Source of the DNA: Actinomycetes bacterium
GTDB taxonomy: Bacteria > Actinomycetota > Acidimicrobiia > Acidimicrobiales > Acidimicrobilacustridaceae
Reading direction: 5' to 3'
DNA length: 24,000 nt
Assembly: GCA_037138595.1 (NCBI GenBank)
Contig: JBAXIB010000016.1
Span: forward strand, 58,909-82,908
The position numbers and the translations under genes are program-made. Numbering within the stretch: the first letter of the stretch is position 1; every line of letters starts with the position of its first letter. Shown piece after piece: positions 7,640-15,411 of this stretch. Below the pieces are notes generated by a model. The model was not told the DNA's origin. It was given only the letters and a program-made list of their open reading frames with translations, and did no database searches.

Positions 7640-9799
7640 TCACAGGTAAAATCGCTCAACAATGATGGCTACGGCTATGACGTTCAACACGCCCATTGCC
7701 GATGCAACGGTGGCCAATGGCACGAGTGGACTCAACCGAGGAATCAATCGGCGAAGCGCCAAGGTTGGCAAGACGAGAACGACCGGCACCATCATCAAGC
7801 CATAGCGCCCCTGCACAAATGAAAGGTCCCCGCCGTGTGTCCACCAGGTATACATCAGCACGTATAACTCCCCCAGTGCCGCGGCAACCATCAGTAGGCA
7901 AATGAACGTCGCCAACACCATGTCCTGTTGGACGAGATCTACGGCGCGGCCTCGCGCTCGCCACCATGTCCGCAGGTCCCATGCGAACGTGAAAACCCAA
8001 GCTGCGACTAACGCGGAACCTACGACGACTGCTACCAGGATCACTTTCGTAATGACGGGTGGATAGGGCGTGTTGATCCAGCCGAAATTCCCCCAGAACT
8101 GATCGATCCAATTCATCCGAATCGCACGAAATGAATCGGCATGCAAAACATGCAAAAAGTCGCTGAGGCCATAGGAACCAGGGCTGGGCTCACCTTGGAA
8201 TCCCACTCCCGCATATCCGTACATGGTTGACATGCCCAGCCATAATCCGTAGGTCACGACGACACCAGCGAGGCCACTGAGTGCTTCCCACCACCACGCT
8301 GCGGGTCGACATCCGCGCCAGCGACCAATGAGCCATGCGATGACGATCGCCGGCGCAAATGCCAAGCCCAGCGGTTTAGCCAACAGACCGATGCCAAACG
8401 CGCACCCGGCGGCGGCCAGCACCCAGCGAGACCGGTCGCGCGCCAACAACGACACCGCGAAATAGGCGCAGGCGGCTCCTGCGGCTATGGCCAAGGCATC
8501 GTTATTCACGATTGCCGTTTGTTGACTAAGCATTGGCTGCAATGCCACAGCAGCTCCAACCAACAACGCAGCCGATTCGCGCCCTGGAAACAACAACCGT
8601 CCAAGCCGAACCGAGAAATAAACCGCGATAGCGCCGAGCATGACGCTCCAAAGGCGCATCGACCCAATGCGAATATCGATGCCGCCTGGAGTCACCGCAT
8701 AGATCAGAGCTGGTACCGCGTAATACGCCGGGGAATAACCAGCAGCCGCTCCGTTTCCGTTCGAGTGATCACTCGTTGCGGCTGAATCCAGACGAGAACG
8801 GCCCGCCCGGACCGACACAATGTCGTAGTCGGCGCGATCACTTCGCGCGACGTCGCTTTGATGAAAGATCTCTGCTGCGGCGCGAAGTTGCTCGCTATAG
8901 ATATCAGCGGATCCAGCTGGCACCCCGCGCTTGGGGATTGCGTGTTCAACGGCAAGAAACTGTGCGTACGCCACATGAGCGCCCTCGTCGACCCCCAACG
9001 TCGGTGGGATGATCGCCGACCACAGCAGGGCCTTCACCACGACGAACGCTAAGAGTACTGCTATGCCGCGTCGGCGCGGCACAAGCGCGACTCCGGCGAG
9101 CAGCAAGATTGCGCCGACAGCAAGAAAAAGAACGAACCATTCGTCGCGCCAGAATGGCCCGTATTTACTGATGCGATGGAGCGCAGTGCCGATTTGATTC
9201 GCGGCGATCCCTTCGCCGCCGTATTCGGCCCTGATTTCAACCGCGAGCAACGACGCCTGTCCATCGGTTCGCTGTGCGCTCGGCTCAGATGCAGTCGGGG
9301 TCGCACCAAACATGGTCAATTGGTGTTCCGAATCAGCCGAAAGCGAGATCCGGAGGCGATAGGTCTGGCCGTCAGATTCCGAGCGCGGCGAAAACGTTGC
9401 CACCGACATCAACGACGCGTCCCGCAACTGCGACCATGGAATCGTCGCTACGGCAACGGGCGTACCGTCCTCACTTTCAAGGCGGGCGATAACGGTTCCT
9501 CGACCTGATTCGCCGTAAGTGCCGAACCTGACTGAGACCTGAGAAAGTCCAGCCGCATTCGCTGTGAATTGCTGTTCGATGCCTTGGCCAGGATCAAACG
9601 GAAGCACTGGCTGTTGACCAATGAGTGACGCATGTTCGGAACGCTCCGCTTGATAGCTTCCAGCCGGTCGAACGAGCACGGCGGCGACGACGAGCACTGC
9701 TCCGCCGAATATCAGGCCAGCCCAGCGAAACCGTTTGGTAATTGATGGTTGAACATCAGGTTGTCCGGTAGCCACAGCAGCGGACTCGACGGCGACCAC
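7640..9799 (-). CDS. Large polytopic membrane protein, a DUF2142/GT-C-like glycosyltransferase with an extra N-terminal exported domain
   Basis: There are more than 12 hydrophobic segments. The first large outside loop carries GVDEGAHVAYAQFL, and FVQGRYGLM lies near the C-terminus. Both signatures recur in the 17349..18896 paralogue (PDEGAHIV, LQGRYLLP). The N-terminus has one TM segment followed by a ~170-aa non-hydrophobic domain. The GTG start directly abuts the TAA stop of the upstream DUF2304 gene. Confidence 0.65.
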   Translation of the reverse strand: MVAVESAAVATGQPDVQPSITKRFRWAGLIFGGAVLVVAAVLVRPAGSYQAERSEHASLIGQQPVLPFDPGQGIEQQFTANAAGLSQVSVRFGTYGESGRGTVIARLESEDGTPVAVATIPWSQLRDASLMSVATFSPRSESDGQTYRLRISLSADSEHQLTMFGATPTASEPSAQRTDGQASLLAVEIRAEYGGEGIAANQIGTALHRISKYGPFWRDEWFVLFLAVGAILLLAGVALVPRRRGIAVLLAFVVVKALLWSAIIPPTLGVDEGAHVAYAQFLAVEHAIPKRGVPAGSADIYSEQLRAAAEIFHQSDVARSDRADYDIVSVRAGRSRLDSAATSDHSNGNGAAAGYSPAYYAVPALIYAVTPGGIDIRIGSMRLWSVMLGAIAVYFSVRLGRLLFPGRESAALLVGAAVALQPMLSQQTAIVNNDALAIAAGAACAYFAVSLLARDRSRWVLAAAGCAFGIGLLAKPLGLAFAPAIVIAWLIGRWRGCRPAAWWWEALSGLAGVVVTYGLWLGMSTMYGYAGVGFQGEPSPGSYGLSDFLHVLHADSFRAIRMNWIDQFWGNFGWINTPYPPVITKVILVAVVVGSALVAAWVFTFAWDLRTWWRARGRAVDLVQQDMVLATFICLLMVAAALGELYVLMYTWWTHGGDLSFVQGRYGLMMVPVVLVLPTLALRRLIPRLSPLVPLATVASAMGVLNVIAVAIIVERFYL

Positions 9800-10246
9800 T
9801 TAAGCCATCGCGTCAGGATCGTGACCGACATCTTTAGAACTATCGGTCAATGAATCAACCGATGAATCAATTTCATTGACGCCGGCATCGCCTTGGCCGG
9901 TTCGAGTTCGATCAGTTTCGACCGGTCCTCGAAGCAACGTAATTTCCTCTGCTAGCACCTCGACGCGCGCTTCAAGTTTCGAAACATGAATCGACAAGTT
10001 GATGCATACTCCCAGAAGAAACAGCAGCCCCACGCCGAATATGAGGCTTGTCCCATAGGCGATGCCGAGTGCCGCCGACACCTTGTCAACGACTGGCCGG
10101 GCCAAACCCAAAATGAGCGTTCCGATACCTACGCTGAGCCACAACAGGGCATAACTCTCAGATAAGCGCCGACGACGAAGAATCTCGACGGTAAAGGCCA
10201 TAAGCGTAAACGCCGCGAGGAGAACAACGATCTCGAGACGGTTCAT
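9800..10246 (-). CDS. DUF2304-family small membrane protein, the usual partner of polyprenyl-phosphate GT2 enzymes
   Basis: The sequence MNRLEIVVLLAAFTLMAFTVEILRRRRLSESYALLWL... contains 4 hydrophobic helices, followed by a helical segment KLEARVEVLAEEITLLRG and an acidic tail. It has an ATGA overlap with the upstream GT2 (10243..10246), which is the typical GT2+DUF2304 pairing. Confidence 0.7.
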   Translation of the reverse strand: MNRLEIVVLLAAFTLMAFTVEILRRRRLSESYALLWLSVGIGTLILGLARPVVDKVSAALGIAYGTSLIFGVGLLFLLGVCINLSIHVSKLEARVEVLAEEITLLRGPVETDRTRTGQGDAGVNEIDSSVDSLTDSSKDVGHDPDAMA

Positions 10247-11085
10247 GAGGCGGATTTCGATTCATCGGCTGACTCGACGATGGTGAGTTCAGGCCGCCGA
10301 ACCCGATGCAACGCGATCACCAGGACGAGACGAGTGAGGTGGTACACGCTTCGCAAAAAGTTCGCCGATGGTTCACCACCTTGACGCTCGTGCATGTGGA
10401 CTGGCACTTCGACCACCGACAATCCCCAATCGCCCGCCAAGAGCAAAGCCTCAACCGTGTCAGAGAGATAGGCGCTCGGATACGAACGAGCAAAACGGGT
10501 GATTGCAACATTCGAAAACGCGCGAAACCCGCTTGTTGTGTCATGAATCGGCGTCGCTAAATAGCGGCTGACTCGCCAGGAAAGAAACCTCATCGACGCT
10601 CGGCGCATACCCGAAACTTCATAATCCGATCCGAAACGCGAACCAACCGCGAGGTCAGCCGCGCCCGATTCGACCAACGACACCAACACCTTTACGTCCA
10701 TCACCTCGTGCTGGCCATCAGCATCTACCTGAACTGCCATCGCATAACCCTGGTCGTGTGCAAATCGAAATCCAGTTCGAAGAGCAGCGCCAACCCCAAG
10801 ATTAAACGGATGGCGAAGCACCATGGCTCCAGCTTCAGCCGCGACCGCAGCCGTGCGGTCATGGGAACCATCATCGATGACGACCACATCGGCATGGATG
10901 TTCGCAAACACGTCACGCACCACCGACGAGACAGTCTGCTCCTCATTCAGCGCCGGGATGATGACGAGCAGGGTTGGCAGGACCGTTCCTTTGGGGTGGG
11001 ACTTCACCAAACGCGAGGCCGGTGGAGTCGATGTACGTGCCGACAAACTTACGTCTTGCGAGTAGGCAACCCTAGCAATCGACAC
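10243..11085 (-). CDS. GT2 polyprenyl-phosphate sugar synthase (GtrB/DPM1/GacI-like)
   Basis: LLVIIPALNEEQTVSSVV, VVVIDDGSHDRTA, HPFNLGVGAALRTGF, AVQVDADGQHE. It is a short soluble-type GT2 (~280 aa) followed by DUF2304. The tracked start is GTG and the true start may be further downstream. Confidence 0.85.
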   Translation of the reverse strand: MSIARVAYSQDVSLSARTSTPPASRLVKSHPKGTVLPTLLVIIPALNEEQTVSSVVRDVFANIHADVVVIDDGSHDRTAAVAAEAGAMVLRHPFNLGVGAALRTGFRFAHDQGYAMAVQVDADGQHEVMDVKVLVSLVESGAADLAVGSRFGSDYEVSGMRRASMRFLSWRVSRYLATPIHDTTSGFRAFSNVAITRFARSYPSAYLSDTVEALLLAGDWGLSVVEVPVHMHERQGGEPSANFLRSVYHLTRLVLVIALHRVRRPELTIVESADESKSAS

Positions 11086-11123
11086 CTTGGCCCGGGCTCA
11101 AGTAACGATTCCACTAGCGTTTA

Positions 11124-12194
11124 TTGATCGTGGCTCCCCTGCAACCATCCCACACCGCCGGCGCGTCAGGTGACGCGTTCGCCGATCGGGTTTCAGTCGT
11201 GATCGTGGCGTTTGGCGCCGATCCGTGGCTTGTACCGTCCGTCGATGCCGTTCTTTCGTCAGCGGGTGTCACGACCGATGTCATTGTCGTTGACAACGGT
11301 GGAACCGGTGGCCTGACCACCGATCTTGCCAAGCGAGATCGGGTGACGATCATTGGTTCTGGCGACAACATCGGATTCGCGGCCGGGTGCAACCTCGGCG
11401 TGGCCCATTCAAAGTCTCCGCTGGTGGCGCTGATTAATCCTGACGCGCGTGTCGAACCACGAGCATTGGCCGAATTGGCCCACGCGCTCGCGAACCCCGA
11501 GGTTGGGATAGCAACGGCAAGTGTTCGCCTCGCCGAGAACCCCGAATTGTTGAACTCAGCCGGTAATGCCATTCATTTTCTGGGGATCAGTTGGTCAGGA
11601 AATTTCAAGGCCGACGCGACTGACCACAACACCGAGGTACCTGTTACCGCAGCAAGTGGAGCGGCGATGATGATGCGACGGTCTACCTGGATCGACCTTG
11701 GTGGCCTCACCAATGAATTTTTCGCCTACTACGAAGACGCCGAACTCAGCCTGCGATGCTGGCAGCGCGGATTATCCGTGATCTTTGTTCCCACTGCGGT
11801 TGTCGTGCACCGTTATGAGTTTTCACGAAACCCGCTCAAGTACCAGCTCCTTGAACGCAATCGACTGATCTTGGTACTCACGACGTTTGGGACCCGGCAC
11901 CTTGTGCTCATGGCTCCTGCGTTCCTCGCGATTGAACTGGCGATTGTGGCAACCGCTGCGGCGCAAGGATGGCTGGGACCCAAGTTGAAGGGATATGTGT
12001 GGCTCGCTCGCAACGTGCGATGGATTCGCCAGAGACGACGCTCAGTCCAAAACGCGCGCACGGTGTCGGACTCGAACATGGCTCCATTATTTGCAAGCAA
12101 ACTTCAGCCCGAAAATCTGCCGCCACCAAAAGCACTCCAACCATTTGATCGGCTCCTTGTTCGCTATTGGGCGGTCGCTCGTCGGTTCCTGTAA
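11124..12194 (+). CDS. GT2 family glycosyltransferase (WbbL-like rhamnosyltransferase type)
   Basis: VSVVIVAFGADPW, VIVVDNGGTGG, GDNIGFAAGCNLG, ALINPDARVEP, FFAYYEDAELSLRCWQRGL. The tracked start is TTG at 11124, so the exact start is uncertain. Confidence 0.85.
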   Translation: MIVAPLQPSHTAGASGDAFADRVSVVIVAFGADPWLVPSVDAVLSSAGVTTDVIVVDNGGTGGLTTDLAKRDRVTIIGSGDNIGFAAGCNLGVAHSKSPLVALINPDARVEPRALAELAHALANPEVGIATASVRLAENPELLNSAGNAIHFLGISWSGNFKADATDHNTEVPVTAASGAAMMMRRSTWIDLGGLTNEFFAYYEDAELSLRCWQRGLSVIFVPTAVVVHRYEFSRNPLKYQLLERNRLILVLTTFGTRHLVLMAPAFLAIELAIVATAAAQGWLGPKLKGYVWLARNVRWIRQRRRSVQNARTVSDSNMAPLFASKLQPENLPPPKALQPFDRLLVRYWAVARRFL

Positions 12195-12213
12195 TCAGCC
12201 TAAAGTTCGACCG

Positions 12214-12942
12214 ATGATTAAGACTTCGAAGAAGGCGACTCAACGACGTGCGCTCGAGCTTCTTCAGGCGTCGGCCGATGCCGACGCCGAGGGATACGTT
12301 CATCTCCAGACAATCCCCTACCGTGGCCACCACCTTCTGACCGCTGCAGTTCTTGACGTGACGAACCCCGGTGATCGCGTGTTCGAAGGCGGTGTCTCAT
12401 CGGGGTATTTCGCGTCCGTGTTGGTGCGGGCCGGACTTCGTGTCGACGGCCATGAGCTGGATCCGAATGTCGCAGTACGCGCCCGCGAGGTTTGCGACAA
12501 CGTGTATGTCGGCGATCTCACTATCTTTGATCCTGAAGCCCTTGACGGCATGTACGACGTGCTGTTGTTCGGCGACACGCTTGAGCACCTGCCCGATCCA
12601 GCCCAAGTGCTCCGAGGGTTGAAAACAAAGTTGAGGCCGGGCGGAAGCCTGATCGTCAGCGTCCCCAATATTGCCAACTGGGCGATCCGTTTGTCGCTGC
12701 TCGCTGGCCGATTCAATTACACCGATCGAGGCATCCTGGATAGAACTCACCTGCGATTCTTCACCGTGCATACGTTGGCCGAAATGCTTGGCGACGCAGG
12801 ATTCGAAGTGACTTCACTCGTCGGATCAATTCCTGTTCCCGGCGTGAATGGCCAAAGAATGGGTCGACTCACGCATCGCATCGGCAATGTGCGGCCATCG
12901 ATTGCCGCTTACGGTCTCATCGTGACGGCCAAAGCTCGCTGA
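12214..12942 (+). CDS. Class I SAM-dependent methyltransferase
   Basis: DRVFEGGVSSGYFA (motif I-like), YDVLLFGDTLEHLPDP, LRPGGSLIVSVPNIANWAIRLSLLAGRFNYTDRGILDRTHLRFFT. I chose the start at ATG 12214 (MIKTSKK), 20 nt after the upstream GT2 stop. The tracked ORF extension from 11995 lies inside that GT2. Confidence 0.8.
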   Translation: MIKTSKKATQRRALELLQASADADAEGYVHLQTIPYRGHHLLTAAVLDVTNPGDRVFEGGVSSGYFASVLVRAGLRVDGHELDPNVAVRAREVCDNVYVGDLTIFDPEALDGMYDVLLFGDTLEHLPDPAQVLRGLKTKLRPGGSLIVSVPNIANWAIRLSLLAGRFNYTDRGILDRTHLRFFTVHTLAEMLGDAGFEVTSLVGSIPVPGVNGQRMGRLTHRIGNVRPSIAAYGLIVTAKAR

Positions 12943-12954
12943 CGCACTAAGCGG

Positions 12955-14277
12955 TCAGACCTCCATTGGGATGTCATTAATCGCATCAAGGAGATTGTCA
13001 GTCGTGGGTGCTGCCCCGCTGGCGATTGCTCGCCGAAGCAGAAACGCCATGGCCACCAGCGCAACCAGCGCCGCGCCCAAAAATGCAAGTTCAACGGTGA
13101 ACAATGGATCGTTCCCGAACCCAACGATCGCCATCATCGCCACGACGCCCGCACCCCAACCAAACGCCACGTGAGCCGCCAAGCCCAGTGCGATGAGCGC
13201 CTGAGCCAACGTCATCGCGACGATAAAACATGCCGTCGCCGCGGCCAACATGCCGACCGTTTGCCGACTGACCACGAACTCAGGTCCGAAAATGAGTTTG
13301 ATGAGTGATGGTCCAATCACGAGCACGACTACGACTCCGCCAGCGCCAATCGCGGTAACGGCGAGCACCATACGGCGAATCCCTGCGTTGAATTCGTCAA
13401 ATTTTCGCGCGACGGCCAATGCCGCCAGTGCGGGCAGCAACACCGCTTGCAACGCCTGAAACAAAAACAACGGGACGCGAGCGACCAAGAGTGCGGCCGT
13501 GAAGATGCCGACTTCGGCCGCTTGGTCTGGTCCAGCAAGGAACTGAAGCACTACCGGTGACGCATTAATCAAGGTCTGGGCCAGCAACGCTGCCGCCAAA
13601 AGCTTCCCAAGGCCAGCGGCAAGTTCACGCCAGGCAACATCCGGTTGCGCCAACGAATGATCGCGCCGCCACCAAAGGGCTGGAACTGCTACCACAAGCG
13701 GCGCTAGCCCTAATGCGAGTCCAATTGGCCCCGCGGTACGCACGCCTGAGGCGAGTAAGACAATGCAACATGCCAAGCGCACGAGTGCTTCACCGCCGAG
13801 AAACGTCCCGTATCGACCGAACCGCCCCAATCCGGACAAGATGCCCTCGGTCCAATTGGCGATGAGATATCCAGTCGCTCCCGCCAGCAGGCCGACAACG
13901 AGGAGCCCCTGACCACTGAACAGTCGGTCGGTCAGTGCCGGCGCCGCAATTGTGATTGCGATGGAAAGCACCGCGACCAACATGATGCCGAGCGCTAACG
14001 ACCGGCGGATGATCGAAGTTCCACCCAGGCCAGCGACACGCCTTCCAACTAGTCGGCGGCTGACTTCTTGTTCGAACGGCAGGAAGACTCCGCCGATCAA
14101 GAAAACCAGCGACCACAGAACCGCCAAACTGCCGTACTCACTTGGCCCCAGCACCCGAGCTGAAATGACCAAGTAGCAATAAGACGCGATTCCGGTAACC
14201 GCCAAACCTATGCCAACGGGGATCGTTCCGGTCGGAAGCGAGATGCGACCAGACCGCTCAGATGGAGACATAGCCAT
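12955..14277 (-). CDS. Wzx/MOP-superfamily polysaccharide or lipid-linked-sugar flippase
   Basis: The 440-aa protein is almost entirely hydrophobic (roughly 12-14 TM segments). It has the N-terminal pattern ...ARVLGPSEYGSLAVLWSLVFL... common in Polysacc_synt/RfbX-type proteins. A GGGAGAG Shine-Dalgarno-like element lies about 8 nt upstream of the ATG. Confidence 0.6.
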   Translation of the reverse strand: MAMSPSERSGRISLPTGTIPVGIGLAVTGIASYCYLVISARVLGPSEYGSLAVLWSLVFLIGGVFLPFEQEVSRRLVGRRVAGLGGTSIIRRSLALGIMLVAVLSIAITIAAPALTDRLFSGQGLLVVGLLAGATGYLIANWTEGILSGLGRFGRYGTFLGGEALVRLACCIVLLASGVRTAGPIGLALGLAPLVVAVPALWWRRDHSLAQPDVAWRELAAGLGKLLAAALLAQTLINASPVVLQFLAGPDQAAEVGIFTAALLVARVPLFLFQALQAVLLPALAALAVARKFDEFNAGIRRMVLAVTAIGAGGVVVVLVIGPSLIKLIFGPEFVVSRQTVGMLAAATACFIVAMTLAQALIALGLAAHVAFGWGAGVVAMMAIVGFGNDPLFTVELAFLGAALVALVAMAFLLRRAIASGAAPTTDNLLDAINDIPMEV

Positions 14278-14372
14278 TCTCTAGTCTCTCCCAGCGTGCG
14301 TCGCTCATTGGGGAGGGTCGGTCCGGCGAATAGGCGCACCATTTCGCCACGAAGCCACACCGATGAATCGAT

Positions 14373-15386
14373 TCAGGAGCGGCCGATCCATTGCGTTAGC
14401 TGCGCCATGGGCACGGTTCGCCGTTGGCGAATGTGGCGCCGTTCGAGCAACGCGGCCGGCACCAATCGCAAGAACCCAACATAAGCGCGCAATCGGATTC
14501 TCACCGTCGTCAGATCAAGACGTGACTTGGTCGAACGAGATGAAGTTACTGCCGAGCGCAAGTATGACAACGTCGTCAGGGGGTGACGGTACGCCGCGCT
14601 CCATGCGAGTGCACGCGGAGCATTCTTGACCAACACCACGAGGCGATTACGTTCGTTGAAATACTGGAACACTTCGCTACCGGTTCCAGTACTGGCGGCA
14701 TGCAAATGCAAGACCATTGAGGTCGGTTCATATCGATACCGCCAGCCGCGGCTTTGACCACGCCATGCCAGATCAGTGTCCTCGTAATAAAGAAACAATC
14801 GAGAATCGAACAATCCAACATCAGCCAGATAGCTCGGTCGCAACAACACGCTGCCACCACACCAAGTAAAGATCTCTGCCGGTTCGTCGAATTGTCCGGT
14901 GTCGGGTTGGCCAAATCCCCGGTCAGCACCGCTCCCATCGGCGAGAACGATCCCGCCGACATTGTTGATGATGTTTCGGCCATCATCCGTGGATCGTTCG
15001 GCAAATACGATTTTTGACTGCACCGCGCCGAGCCCGCTGTCATCGTCAAGTGCCTGAACCAACGGGTCAAGCCAATGGGGTTCGACGAATGCATCGTTGT
15101 TCAACAATGCGACGTAATCGACATCAGCCAAGTCAGTGAGCGCCAAGTTATTGGCAACAAATCCGAGATTTGAACCGGTCTCTCGAATAGTGACCTCCGG
15201 GTGCTCGACTCGCATCGTCGCCACACTGTTATCGGCAGAGGCGTTGTCAAGGACAACGACCTCTACGTCATGGACGGTCTCGATTGCCGCCAGCGCATCA
15301 AGGCATTTCATGACGGCGGCACCACCGTTGAAGTTCACGATGATCACGCGGATCCGGCGTTGCGGCCCAGGCGGGATACTCGTCAT
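14373..15386 (-). CDS. GT2 family glycosyltransferase (WbbL-like rhamnosyltransferase type)
   Basis: IRVIIVNFNGG, VVVLDNASADNS, GSNLGFVANN, ALLNNDAFVEPHWL, LFLYYEDTDLAWRGQSRGW. Confidence 0.85.
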   Translation of the reverse strand: MTSIPPGPQRRIRVIIVNFNGGAAVMKCLDALAAIETVHDVEVVVLDNASADNSVATMRVEHPEVTIRETGSNLGFVANNLALTDLADVDYVALLNNDAFVEPHWLDPLVQALDDDSGLGAVQSKIVFAERSTDDGRNIINNVGGIVLADGSGADRGFGQPDTGQFDEPAEIFTWCGGSVLLRPSYLADVGLFDSRLFLYYEDTDLAWRGQSRGWRYRYEPTSMVLHLHAASTGTGSEVFQYFNERNRLVVLVKNAPRALAWSAAYRHPLTTLSYLRSAVTSSRSTKSRLDLTTVRIRLRAYVGFLRLVPAALLERRHIRQRRTVPMAQLTQWIGRS

Positions 15387-15411
15387 GTTCGCATCATCGC
15401 CCGAGGCGCAC

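Noticed and set aside
11995-12213. N-terminal extensions of tracked ORFs: 11995..12213 on the methyltransferase, 16255..16464 on rmlD, 17252..17305 on rmlB, 17217..17348 on DUF2142, 20605..20709 on rmlA, 1892..1993 on wzt and 20646..20681 on GH25
   Set aside because: Each extension overlaps a neighbouring gene or adds non-homologous Arg/Cys-rich residues ahead of the canonical family N-terminus (for example MRILITGAGG, MKLFVTGAAG, MKGLILSGG). Internal ATGs give normal-length proteins and sensible gene spacing.
11114-12716. Minus-strand ORFs 11114..11572, 11813..12100, 11908..12333, 12318..12716 and 12397..12771 opposite the GT2 and methyltransferase genes
   Set aside because: These are shadow ORFs opposite well-supported CDSs and have no family motifs.
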